Assembly (NCBI GenBank): GCA_949358305.1
Contig: OX442314.1
Span: 4,278,001-4,342,000 of the forward strand
From: Strigamia acuminata
Taxonomy: Eukaryota
Direction: 5' to 3'
DNA: 64,000 nucleotides
In this document: piece by piece, positions 36,570 to 50,300 of the stretch
How the letters are laid out: each line of letters starts with the position of its first letter
Numbering within the stretch: the stretch's first letter is position 1
The notes under the pieces: model-generated
What the model was told of the DNA's origin: nothing
Databases searched by the model: none
What the model saw: only the letters and a program-made list of their open reading frames with translations
Program-made: the position numbers and the translations under genes

Positions 36570-39500
36570 TTATGCAGTCCTAGTTTCGACAAACTGACCA
36601 ACCAGATTAAGTCGAAACCAATTATAACTTTTTAAAACGTAAACTTGCAAAGAAAGTAATGACATTCCCAATGCTAATCCCACAATGCTGCCGACATCAC
36701 TTAACAATTGAGACATTGGATACTTTTGGTGTTCGGTTGTAGTCACATCGAAACTATCAGCAGGCCGAAGCTTTATAAATGTGTAGAAACGGTATTGGAT
36801 TTTAGATTCATGCACAATAGTTTGGTAGTAAACATTTTCGCAGGGTTGTTTACATTTGCAAGTTTTTTGATTGGAATTGTAATTGTTGAAATACTGAGAA
36901 CGGGCACGAGTAATGTCTCCCATCGTGTTGCAAGGTGGCAAACTAGATGTTGACATATATGGCAATCTGAAACAAGCAGTAGTTCAATTCGACGGTAATG
37001 ATTAGTAGATTAGAGTCAAATTTTATGAGTATTTTACAACAATACCTGCAATTTATCCTGTGAAATAAATTCTTCTGCATGCAAGCAGATTGACACATGA
37101 AATAAGCAGTTTTGTTCTGTTCACAAGGGTGGTGATTGGTATTTCTACGTATGGTCTATTTGATAACTTAGTAAGTATTACGGAGTAAAACTTTTGTTTT
37201 TGTATTTTTAATATACAATAAGTGCATTCGATCTCTTTTGCCATTAAAGTTGGCTGTTTTTAAAATTGCAAAAACTAAAACTTTGAATGCATCCAAACGT
37301 TACCTTGGATATACGAAGAGCTAGGACAGTCATTGTACCATAGTTTATTGACATAGGTGATAAAATATTAACTTCATCTTCCGGATTATTCAGAAAAAGC
37401 TGAAAATTATTATATCTGGTATTAGAAAAAAACTTCTTCAATCGTTAGACATTTGGAGCTTGTAGTGTTGTAAGCACAAGATTAACTTTTTTTATGAAAT
37501 AAATTCACTTTGGTCTTACCCATAGATTTTGTTCACAAACTTTTGGAGGATAAAGCTTTAAAGGTGCCATTGTTACCTCTGTTGTTACGTGGTGCGTCTT
37601 TTCTAAAAAATAAAAATAAAATAAAAAACAGTGAAAAATTAATTTAACTCTTAAGTTTTTTAACTCTATGGTGCCGTACGTTTTCTCTAGTAGTGGCCCA
37701 ACACTGGTCGGTACTGTACCCTTATACCATGTTCACACAAACGGATCGAGTTTGACTGGATCTGATCCGCCCGATCAGATCCAACTGAACAGTCCCAATA
37801 TTCACTGTGATGGAGTTGTGTTCACATCCAAATGTGATGCGCAACAATGGAATGCCACAGACTGCTGACATTATTTAATGAATTCCAATCCGAATTCAAT
37901 TGTCGAATCAAGTTGTGGGAACTCGATTGACGAACGGTGTTGTTGGGCCCACAAATCTAGATCTTTGAACGGAGTTCAGTGTTCACAACAATCTTGGATC
38001 TATACTCTGGTTCGACTCAAGAGTATGCCTTTCTAAGAGCCGCATCACTGGTGTAGTGATCCAAAAATGTAGACCCAAACACCATAACAAACATGAGTTT
38101 TTCACTCATATGTTCATAAAACCTTATTTAATAAGTTTAATAAGTATAATAAGTATAAAATAATCAAAATTATATCAACTTAAATGGTAATAACAATCAC
38201 AAATCATAATAAAAATAAAAACTACTTTTCCTAGTGGTAGTAATAAAACTTGAGTTAGGAGTAATGCGGCTCTTAGAAGGGTATACTCTTGAGTCGAACC
38301 AGAGTATAGATCTGCAACTTCGGATGAGATCCAAAAGCGTAGTGTGAACATGGTATAAGTTAACACAATGTTGTCTTTTCTCGCATTGGCAACTTGCATC
38401 ACCTGATGGTGTGTTTTTGCCAAGCTGAGGCCTCGAACGACTTATGGGATTTGCAGTGCTTTATGGAATTGTTCACAATGCCACAGGAATTTGTCACAAG
38501 TTTTGATCAAGATCGTGTAATTGTGTTCTGTTGAAAAAAAAGTTTTCTGTGTAAATTACCTGTTTTTACTAGTGAACAATGACCAAAAGGCAGTGGAATA
38601 AGACTTTTTGTTATATTTAGTACAGTTTCATAACCAACAAAGTGCTATAAATAAAAATTAGATACATTATAAGCTTACTTTGAATAGTTATTGTTATATC
38701 CATGTACACCTATGGACAAAAAAATCTTCACTTACTGTCAGTCGCATTTAAACTTTCTGTTGCCCCCAGAAGAAGTAGACTGCTCTAGCCGCCGGTGGCA
38801 GAAAAATGAACTGCTCATTTGGAGCTGAAGCAGCCTGACAGCATATGAAGATTTTTTGTTTGTAGGTGTACAATCTAGGTCATAAAAATTGTCGCTGTTT
38901 TCCATGCTAGGCCTAGGGAAAAGGCGACAATTTTTACGACCGGATTGTACCTTAGTCAGCTTGTTGTTAACCTGAAGTGTTCGATGGATATTAAGTGCCT
39001 TCCAAATATCTTCCAATGACAAGTTCTTGTTGACCAATTGCCACGGTGATATGTCATTGCAAGTTCTGTTTGTCTGCTTAAGTAACTGCTTTCTGGCTTG
39101 TTCCGTCTGGTCACTGCGATTTTCACCACAGATTGTAGCGGATGGGAACTCTATGTACCGCCGTTGATCTATGGTGATGATTTTTGATACAGGTTCTTCC
39201 ATGTAGTAATTTAAACGAACTTGCAACAAGTATAGAGTGAATCCTGCACTAATTACAAACAGCAGCAACTTAAGCTTTCTTAAAACTCCGTTAGTTTCGA
39301 CTTGCTCTTCACGTGCAATGACTTTTCTCTTGGATATCTCATAGAGACGGCGAATCTTATCGATGTTTCTTGTTTTGCGCACGGTTGTTGCAATACAATA
39401 TAAATACCAAGTGATTTCGGGTAATGAGGTTATCGATAGACCGAGAAATAGCCCCAGATTGCCCCCTAAATCTGATAGCAGAGCAATAACATCGTAGGTG

Positions 39501-42349
39501 AACCGTTCTTGATAGACGGTGATTTTCTCATTGGTTAGTGCTAAAGTCACAGAAAGTGTGTTTTGATCATTCGCTATGCCGGAATCAGTGTAGGGAGTAA
39601 AAGCTAGGTGCTGACATGGAGGTCGACAAGCACAAGTAGTAATTGCTTCTGTGGTGTCAATTATTCTATTGACTATGCCGTATTGATTGTGCATAGCATT
39701 TGAACATTCACAAAGTGGTAAATTCATCTTCAGAAAAGGAAATCTACAGGTTAGATTGTTTTCTAATTTTTTGAACAAGCAATTTTGGTAGCAATCTGTG
39801 TAGTCCTCTTCATCCGAGCACGGGCGTTTCGATGAATTGAGAAATACGTACTGAAATTTAAAGCAGATTAAGAATAGATGTTTCGTTTTAATCAAGTTTA
39901 AATCTTACCTTGTCATAGCTCAAATTTATTTTAGCTATTCTACCAATGAGTTTACGAAGCGTAAAGTAAATTTTTCCAAATTCATACAACGTTAACATAA
40001 TCTAGAAATAAATATAATATAATACGATATGTAATATTATGGCCTGTTATTTTATAAATACTACTAGGTATGACGTTCGAGGGCAGATGTCTTGATGAAA
40101 CTTTTCAAAATTGACCGTTAGTATTTTTCCAACAAACGATTTACTCGAACTCTTATCTAACCACAGTGGAAAGATTATTTTATTTTTAGTCGGTTGAATA
40201 ATTGATGAAGTTATAAAGGGTGTTCACAAAGTTTTTATAGACGTGTTTATTTAATTTATTGGTTGCTTTGTCAGGAACGCACACAATTTACTAACAATAG
40301 GTAATCGATTGCAATGTCTGTACATCTAATGCAATTCTGGAGTTTTGATCTACTTTTATGTGTCACTACACAAGTGAAATGGCTCGGCCAATGGGAGAAA
40401 CACCAAACTTGTAGTGAGCCAGAGTAAAGAGTAATTTAATGACTTGTGTCTGCTTTAGGAAATTGCAATTTTCTTAAAAAAATTTAGTACAAAAAATTTG
40501 AGTAGTAGTTATTTTTAGACTAAATAAATGTTGCTCTACAAGTTTACAATTGGAAATTTCTGTCTATTTCTAACGGTTTCCAAGATAATTTTCCAATGAC
40601 CTTGAAGGAACATCCCAAGGTCAAATTTCAGGTCACCAAAAGATTGCCTCACTCAAATTTAATACTTTGCCATCATTAGATTAGATGCATTGTCAGCACT
40701 TTCAGAAATATTTAGTAGAGAACCAGACTTTTCTTCCACCCTGTATAGAAATTTATTAACTACAGTGTAGGCTGCGTAGCCCGGACATAGCACCAACCGG
40801 ACAGCTGTGTGGTCCGGACAGTTTGGAGGGCCTGATTTGGTCCTACCCAATACCCAGCAATATAAAATCTCCTCTGTCATCCGGACATTCCCTAGACCGG
40901 ACAAGTTTCTGGGTCCGGGCTACGCAGCCTACACTGTAATTGAAAAAAAAAATACTACCGGTATACAGTATACTTTGTTACCGGTATATAGAAGTTTCAA
41001 AGTTTCTGACTTTTTTTTAATTTTAACAAAACTTTAAAATTGTCTGGAGACTTTGGGAACACCCTGTATAATTAATTGCACCCAATATCTCAGTGGCAAA
41101 CGCAAACATTTTAATAAAGATATTGGGTGAGATTGGGTAAGTTATTTACCAAATTGAAATGCCGAGCACATTCCAAATGGGTTATCAATTTCCTTCTGGA
41201 CAAAGCTTTTGTTTGAATATCCCTGCAGAGGTTGAAATCATTAGTTTTTATTCTTTACAATAATTTTTTCTTTTTGCTTTTACCTTCATTTTAATAGTAG
41301 GTGCATTCCAAAACGCAGTGTTAGGCGTTTTAAGCGTTTTCGTTCCGTGTCGTTTTATGGTCGTTTTAGGCCTGTTTAGGAATGTCAAAACAAAATTTTT
41401 TTTTGCCCTTGTTTTAGCAAAATTTGTATTACCTTAGTAACATCAGTTTTGGAAATATTTATCTGTTTACAAAATCAATTTATAAAATATTCGAATTCTG
41501 ACTAATTTTATTTATTTGTGGGCGGAAAATGGCTAGGTTTTTAACAGCCGACGAATTCACATCAACAATCGCGCCAAAATCCAAGCACCGTCGATTTTTT
41601 GACAATTAACACGTGTTGACAAAAATAAATAAAGTTTTTTAAAACTTCGAATATTTTATAACAAATAAATAAATATATATTTCCACAAAAATTTCCATAA
41701 AAATGAAAATCGAACGATGGCAGCCCTAACACCCAAATCGTGTCTGCTAAAACGTGTTTTGATACACGTTTTCGTTTCAGCCGTGTTAGCGCCACAGACA
41801 CGGAATTTTTCCGGATGTGACGTCATTATTGCTAACACGACACGGCTGAAACGGCTGAAACGGGAGTTTTGGAATGCACCTACTGACTACTTCTGGCGTC
41901 AAATTGGTTGCTTTCCAAACATCATCCATGTTGTAAATTGGGCGTGCCATAAGAGTTTTGATCATGTTTAGGCAATCCAATGGATTAGTTAGACCTGTTT
42001 TATCTAATTTATCACTCTTATACCAAAGTTTGGCCAATTCTTTTGTATGTCCACCACAGATCATCAAGTATGGTAAAACGATTTCGTCTGATTTTTCTAT
42101 TACGTCAACAGCCGTAGGATAACTTAGGTAATGCATTACTCTATCGTATGTCTGATAAGTGAGCATGAATGTGCAAAATATGAACAAAAAAAGCCACAAG
42201 GCGTGGTGCTTGTTTAAACGTCGTTTACTGTTAATGAAATTATCCAAACCAAATAAACCACAGCTCGGTTTGTTCGTATCATCTCTCAGTAATTGATTAA
42301 TTCTGAGACGTAGTTTACTACTTCTTCTCGTGATATAGTTATTTAGCAT
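36570..42349 (-). CDS. Tandem two-domain DEG/ENaC gene, copy 2 (~800 aa, 10 exons; exon 1 interrupted by a MITE)
   Basis: A single 900-nt exon (38951-39850) encodes the domain-1 thumb and TM2 (LLSDLGGNLGLFLGLS), a ~45-aa linker, and domain-2 TM1 + YMEEPVS/FPSATIC. The terminal exon has CKCKQPC and LLSDVGSIVGLALGMS. No internal stops were seen. Confidence 0.85.
37722..38357. mobile_element. Harbinger-like MITE with a nested inverted-repeat element (~38033-38275)
   Basis: TTATACCATGTTCACAC...GTGTGAACATGGTATAA. The inner element is bounded by TAAGAGCCGCAT / ATGCGGCTCTTA. Confidence 0.7.
40763..40936. mobile_element. Tc1-like MITE
   Basis: TA|CAGTGTAGGCTGCGTAGCCCGGAC...GTCCGGGCTACGCAGCCTACACTG|TA. 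Confidence 0.8.
41299..41881. mobile_element. Harbinger-like MITE inserted in ENaC copy 2 exon 1 (relative at 54211-54348)
   Basis: TIR AGGTGCATTCCAAAAC / GTTTTGGAATGCACCT with flanks AGT/ACT. The relative at 54211-54348 has a perfect ACT TSD. Confidence 0.85.
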
Positions 42350-42534
42350 TGTTTTGGTTAAATTAGGAGTAATGGACCCAGTGGTTAATAATTACATTTA
42401 TCCAGTTGACAAATTTGATGGCAGCCAACCTTGTCTAATACTGTAACACAAACTTGTGATCTTTAAATCTGTTTTATAGAGTTGAGTTGGTAGCTGCAGT
42501 GTCTGTATGAACTGTCTGCAATACTCTGGTTAGA

Positions 42535-42547
42535 GTTTCCTAGCAAC
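42535..42547. promoter_or_regulatory. RFX X-box-like motif upstream of ENaC copy 2
   Basis: GTTTCCTAGCAAC, 186 bp upstream of the ATG at 42349. Confidence 0.6.
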
Positions 42548-44335
42548 ATGTGGGTTGATTATAGTGTTTTGAAATTTTCAAGTTACGTGAGCTGTAATAG
42601 ATTGTCTCCTATAATCAACCAGATTATAGGTCAGTGCTGTTTTCAATTTGCTGATTATTAGTCAGGCTGTATTGGAGCTATTTGGAAAATTGTGAGTTGA
42701 ATTATTAATAGTGTGAAAGGGAAAAGCGAGGAAAACCGATGAGGACTTTTGGAATCTTGCGGAGTAAATTTCAGTGTGAGAGTTGAATCATTTTTCACTT
42801 TACGGGTGACGTTGGGACTGCGATTTCATTAATCTTCTCACAACTGGAGATGAAAAAATTTTCCCAAATCGTTTAATAACTAATCACCGTATTTTACTGA
42901 TTAAGTGTCGCCCTCGGATTGTAGTCGCGGCTGAGACTCCAAAAATACTGTATTTTTGCAAAAGTACGGTATCGTTCCCGTATTGAACCTCACGAACGAT
43001 GGACGTATGCTTGGTGAAACAAAAACTTGCAATTTTGAATTCCTTAACCCTCGCAGCCCCAACTTAAAAAAAATCACCCAACTCGGGTCATTTTTGACCC
43101 CAAGCCAAAATTTTTTTTTCAAAAATGAGTGAAAATGATTTTATTCTCTGAGTATTTCATGTTTCTGAAGAAATTTTAGCAATTCGGTATTTGTGCGCCT
43201 TATTCAAACAATTTCTGCTCTTAAACTGTAGCTGAGTTTAAGGTAAATTGTCAACAGGTGCCTATTGATTGATAGTTTTCTAGCAATACTAGTATGTTGG
43301 TTGATTACAGGTCTGCGCAAATTTTAATTTGCAGCTTAGAATACAAGTCTGTACAAATTACAATGCACTGCTTATTAGTCAGGCGGTAGCAGAGTTGAGT
43401 AGAAAATTGACAGTTGAATTATTAATCGTGACAGGGAAAAGTGAGAAAAACCGATAAGGACTTTTGGTGCTTGGAAAAGTGAATTTCAATACATGCATTC
43501 AAATATTTTTACTTTAATGAATAAATACTTTTATTTTTTCAATTAGCAATAAGACAATTTAACCCTTCTAACCATAACATGGATCTTTTTGTGACATCAT
43601 TTGTAAAAAATCATTATTTTCATATGAAATAATTTTTTTTAATCTGATTTTTGCTGACTATTTCTTTGAAACATCACTAGACACTACGTCACAATTGAAA
43701 TTTTTTAATATTTTTATTTTGTCTGTAATTTGAAACCAAAAATTAACTGGGTGAAAAAAGACCCATCTTAGGAGTTTAAAGGACATAAACCCAATGTTGT
43801 GTGTTCGTGAAACATATACAAAATGAACGTAAATGTTTGTATATTTTATTTAATTTTGCCATTAGGAAAAGGAATGAATGTTACATTATTAAAAGTACAA
43901 GTGCATTTGACTTTGTGTGCAGACGTAAAGGACAGAAATCACTTATGATTTGCATGTGCAAAGTACTGCTGTTCTGTTATAAGAAAAATCCACAGTTGAA
44001 TAACTTGCAACTTATACAATCCTTTTAAAAGCAAGAAGATAGGCACAAAAGAGAAAACATTTTAATTTTTATTGTAACAATTAGTCTGTGCAAAAATTGT
44101 AATGGTGAACAAACATTTGGAACAATCCAATGTAGAATTAATGAAACATTTAATTGCCTACAATAGACCATTAGATAATTATGACATAATGCAGTTTGGC
44201 TCCGCCCACAAAAACAAAACTACAAATTAACAATGTTAAAATGTTATTTTGCATTGGTTTTTTTCACAAAGGCGGGTGGGGCAACCATTGTTATGATCAC
44301 ATGATCGGATCACCTGACCGCATTTTTCCAAAGGT

Positions 44336-47300
44336 CTATTTGAAAAATCGACCAGCCAGATTGTGTCGAAGCCATTTATAACCTTTTAAAATATCAATGT
44401 GCAAAGAAAGTAATGACATTCCCAACGTTAATCCTACAATGCTTCCGATATCGCTTAACAACTGAGATGTTGGATATTTCTTTCCTTCTACTGTGGTCTG
44501 TATGAAACTATCAGCCATTAGAAACAGCATGTACGTGTGAAACTTTAATATGATATTATTTCCATGCATAATAAATTGGTAAAAAATATGTTCACAAGGT
44601 CGTTTACATTTACATTGTTTTTGATTTATGTTGGAGTTATTCAAATATGTGAAATGGGCTCCAGTAACGTCTTCCGTTGTGTTGCAAGCTGGCAAATTAG
44701 ATGTTGCCATGTATGGTAATCTGAAATAAGTAGGCTTACTGTACTGCAAACAAACCGATTTATAAATACTCCTGATTAATTTTGTTTGTAATCCACACTT
44801 ATTATGAGCACATAAAACATGTCCTTAAAAATGGGATTGCACCTGACAAACTAAGATTTTGCACATGCACATAAGCAGTTCAGAGTATCGCCTAGTGCTA
44901 AAAAGTGACAAAAAATGTGTACCCTTCTCTCGTAAAGGTGTCATCTGTAAATGTTATACTCCGTATTATTTTATTAGAGATGGAAAAAATATTAAATCTT
45001 TGGAGGAATTTAAGTTGGTCTCCAAATTAATTTTCAGAAAACAGTTAGTTATTTTACTACTTTTGTTATTTCCCTGACTTCCCCTAGACTATGGGAGGGT
45101 TAAAGGTCATTAGAAGAGAAATAAAAAATTTCTCTAATCTGTTTGAAATAATCTTAAAAAAGGTTATAGAATATTTTTTTCTGCAACACTTAGTGGTTTC
45201 TCATGATCAAACCGTGTTTTAACCATTTGAACAAGGGAATCATTTTGTGCAATGCATTCTGGGATTTCATGTCATTGATGACGTCATTACTAAACACTGA
45301 GGTAAACAAATATCATGTGTTCATTGTTTCTCAATAACACTTGTTACCGCACATTTTACTCATTTGTTATTACACAGTACTGTGCAGCTGTGGAATGCCA
45401 GAATTCATCAAAAAGTAACAAATTTTTTTATTTCTGTAACTAAAAATTTTGCTTTAACCTCAACTTTGTAGCTAAAATTATCGATATTGTATAGCTAAAA
45501 ACAGATGCAGTTAAAACATGCAGTTAAAACATGCAAATCACTAACGCATAAAAACATGTTAAAATAGCGAATTTGTGCTTGAATTCACCTGCTTGTTTGT
45601 CGTCGATGACGTATAAATAACGCCACCTAGTATTTATAATTTTTTGAAAAGTGTCATGGCAGAATAATTACTGCTAGGTTAGAAGTTTAACTGCTTTTTT
45701 TCATACGCTGTACGATTAACAGTTAAAAATATTACATAACCTTTTTTCAGTTTATTTTAAAAAGATTAGAGAAATTTTTTATTTCTATTCCTATGACCTG
45801 GTGTGAACTCTCTTTTACAAGTAGTTTAAAAAGGAATTGGATTACAATCAAATTTTAAAAGATAGTTTTGTAACAGCTTCTAAATACCTGCAGTTGATCT
45901 TTCGAAATAAACGGTTTTGTCTGCAAGCAGTTTTACACATGAAATAAGTGGTTTTGTTTTTTTCGCAGGGGTTATGTTTGGTATTTCTACGTAAGGTCTA
46001 TTTTATGAAATAAAGACAAGCGTGGTTTTTGAATTTTTTAAAATAGGTTTTGTCATACCCATTGGTGTATTCAGAGTTAGAAGAGTTTGTAAAAACTACA
46101 AATTTAAAACTTTGAATGCACTTAACATTTTGGCACCTTAAATGTTCGAATAGATATCGTAGTACTTCCACCATAGTTTGTCATCATTGGTGCTAAAATA
46201 TTAACTTCGTCTTTTGGATCATTTAGAAAAAACTGAAGGATTTTTATTGTTATTGAAATATGTGTCGAGTAAACAAGGGACTAGAAAGAACTACCGTCTT
46301 CCACCGACCGTGGTGTTGTATTCGAATATAATCCCACCGTAGGGTTGTATTCGAATACAACACTATCGTCTCATATTTATCCAATATCATGTAAGTTTGT
46401 CAAAAAAGTAAAATAGATTTGTATACTGTAGGTTTTAAATATTTTTATAAAAATTTGAAAAGAACACCATGGTTCTGTATTCAAAAACAATACAAATCTT
46501 AATATAATACCATGGTGGTATATTCGAATATAACACCGTGGTGTTATAGCTGAAGTGGTGTTATATTCGAATTTTTGCTCAATGTTTACAAAATTGCCAT
46601 TTCTAGCATAATTCAAATACAACACATGATGTTATTTTCGGTGGAAAACAGTAGTTGTTGGTTAATTGGTTTTATAATTGATTAGTTTCGTGACTATGGA
46701 AATGCATGTATACTAAATTAGACTAGTACAACAAAGGTTATGGGCCTACACCGATTAATGACATTAAGGAAATTACTGTGAGTGGTCTGCACGTGATTAT
46801 GATGCATAAATCGCCGAAATTTTGATATTTTTTGGGCCAATTACAAGTTGGATTGTCTCTCTCCTGTGTTTTTGTTGCGCACATCTTGGAAAGAACGTCA
46901 TGGCGGTCAAGTTGGACAATTCGATGGCGTATGTTGAGAAATTAAATGGGAGAAATTACCCAACATGGGAATTCTGAGTTCAAGTGCTGCTCAGAGCAAA
47001 TAACGTTTGGAGTGCAGTTGAAACAAGTAAACCAATTAAAATCATAACCGAGTCTGAGGCCGATTTTAAGATGCGTAAAGATGCGTGGAGTGTCAAGGAT
47101 GTTGAAGCACTCAATTATATTTTACAAATGATTGATGCAGCCCAGTTATAACACGTTTTGAACAAGGAGACGGCAAAGCAGGCCTGGGACGCACTGAAGG
47201 CGGAGAACCAGGGCGAGCTGGAGGAACTCAAAGTTTGAAAGCGTGTGGAGATTGGACACATCAAAATGAAATCAAATGAAACGATATCGGTATATTTGGA

Positions 47301-50300
47301 TCGGATGATTTCGATTGCAGAGGAATTAAACTCGATAGGATCACCCATTGCAGAGGCAGAGTTGTGTGCTCACATTTTACAGGGACTCACCACAAGTTAT
47401 GCTGCGGTGGTCACTAGCTGCGACGTAATAGGGCGCAGTACTTTGAAATTACCGACGCTACGACGGGCGCTGCTGGCTGAGGAGTTGAGGAAGACATCAC
47501 TCTCACCCGCAGTGGAAGTTGGAGCAGAAAGTGCTTCTTGGATTGGTGGATTTGCGAGAGGCAACGAACGTGGATTTACCGGGTCGCGGACCAGCCGCGG
47601 TGGAGGAAGTGGTCGCCCCGGACCTAAGTGCTGGAACTGTGGCCGAATTGGGCACCGATATTCCGAATGTCGTCAACTTGATGATCCAGCGAAGGTTGCC
47701 GATAATCGCGTACGCGGTCGTGGGCAATTTCGCAGACGAGGGCGAGGACCGAACCAGCGAGCAAATGCTGTGACATCGGAACAGCCTGACGACCTTTCAT
47801 ACGTGGTCGATTATGCCATGAATGTGCAGGAAAACTTTAATCAAGTAATGAGTGAATCGAATTCAAATGATAGAGATATGAAAGAGGAATTCACCTGGTA
47901 CATAGACTCAGGTGCATCATCTCATATGGCCAATAATGTGAAGTGTTTTAGTGAATTGCAAATAGTGCCTGGTAAGAAAGTGATATTAGCTGATGGACGT
48001 CAGGAACAGTGCTACTTTATTTTTTGATAAAGGAAAAACGTCGGATAATTAAGTTGAGTGAAGTAAATTAGGTACCTTCATTGAAAACTAATTTACTTTC
48101 GGTGGGACGAATTGTGGAATTGGGTTATATTGTGAGTTTTCATGATGGGATTTGTGACGTTAATTTGAAAAGTAGACAGATGATTTTTAGAGCGTTTAAA
48201 TTCCGAGGGTTATACATATAAAGTGGACAATCACTCAAATATTTCATCTGCGGGATTGACGACGACTAAGAGACAATAGGGGGTTTCATTATATGAATGA
48301 TTTTGCAATTTTGTGATTTTGCATTAATTACAAAATCATTATTTTTTGATGCCTCTAAAAATGGGATTACATTGAATTAACCCAGTCAATTTTGCAATTG
48401 TGTGATCTGGACAACTTTGTGATTTTTGAGTATTGCCATGTGATATCTGTTCTACCAATCACATTCACATTCACTAAAGTACAAGAGAGTAAAAACACAA
48501 AATCCCAAAAACATCTAAAAGGTAGTTTTTGTGATTTTGATAAGAAGTGATTTTGAGGCTTGTGAAACTCAAAACAAAATGGAGGCATCCAAGCTCTATC
48601 TAAGTGGCCAACTTGTATCCTTGTATATCATCAATATGCTGATGCATCCATGACTGTATAACAGCTAGGAAACTCAATTAATGGCTCTTGTGCAATCTGT
48701 GAAACTTATATTTATTAAAATGTACTTTTTTAAAAAAAATTTTGTTCTATCACACAAATACAGGGTGAGTCAAAAGTCTGGAAACACCTTTTTTTCTTGA
48801 AAATAACCGAAGATACATCAATTCTATTGATGTAGGCATATAGGAAGTTGATGGTGGGCTATCCAGTGGTGATCTTAAATTTGTCCCGGAAGGTCATCTT
48901 CAAGGTTATTCACTTTCTAACTTTTAAACCGTTTAAGATACAGCAAAATTTCCAATTACAAAGTTGTAGAGCACCATCAAATTAGTATTATCCAACTTAT
49001 CTTAGTCACTTTAAGTAAAATGGTTTTTTTTAAAAAATGAAAACAAATCAGCAAATTGAAATTTTTTATTCCTATAAAAATAAAATAATTTAGACATTAA
49101 AAAAAGACAGTGGTTTTACTTGTGTACTTACATAATAATGCAGATTTGAATATATTTATTGAAGAAATTCAGTACTTTTGCAGTAAAAATTTAAGTTTTG
49201 TTACAATGGCTGGCTTTACTTCAGCTGATTTGTTTTCATTTTAAAATGAAAACATTTAAATTAAGATGTCTAAGATAAGTTGGATAGTACTAATTCGATC
49301 GTGTTCTACAACTCTGTAATTGGAAATTTTGCTGTATCTTAAACGGTTTAAAAGTTAGAAAGTGAATGACCTTGAAGATGACCTTCTGGGTCAAATTTAT
49401 GGTCACCACTGAATAGCCTACCATTGACTTCCTATATGACCACATCAATAGAATTGACATATCTTTGGTCATTTGCAAGAAAAAAAAGTGTTTCCAGACT
49501 TTTGACTCACCCTGTACAGTAAGCTAGAACTAGTTATTTTGCATCACATTTTAAAATTGGTTAGATATAACTAAAACCCAATATGGTGGATGAGTCATGT
49601 GACTATTTAAATAATTGCAAAATTGCAAAATCATGATATTGTTTTTGCAACTAATTGTTAATCACAATTTGTGATGACAACTTGGATTGAGTTTGGCTGC
49701 TGCCATTTTGCCAAAATATCAAAACTATCTTTGATTTTGTGATTGTGTATTTTTTCTGTTTTGTGTTTTTGCAATTATGCACACAATTGGTGGAACTGAT
49801 ATCATGTGACAAATTCAAAAGTGCAAAATTGCTAAAGTAGCAAAATTGCAAAATTGCTTAATTAATGAAACCCCCTAATTACCTTTGATTGAGAATAATC
49901 ACAAATCAGTACCAAATATTCCGGGATTGCCAATTACTTTATGGCATAAAAGATTGGCTCATTTAGGATTTAAATCGATTCACGCAATAGTCAGCGAAGG
50001 ACTGGTTAAGGGTATGCGACTAAATGTAAACAAGAATCCCGGAATATGTGATAAGTGCGTAGTTTCGAAGAAAACTCGTGACCCATTCTCTTCAACTCAA
50101 CATATTACAGCCACTGGACCATTTCAAATGGTTCATGTGGACTTATGTGGACCTATGAAAAGTGCATCTACTTTGGGGAATAGATATATTTTTACAATTG
50201 TGGATGACTTTTCGCGTGCAATTTTCACAGAAATCCGAGACAACCAAAGAATTTCTTAACTATTTGCAACTCTACGAACCCACATATGGCCGATCTTTAC

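Noticed and set aside
38738..38950. C-terminal extension of the 385-aa ORF (VQSGRKNCRLF...)
   Set aside because: It lies after the AAG|GTACAA donor shared with copy 1 and is intronic.
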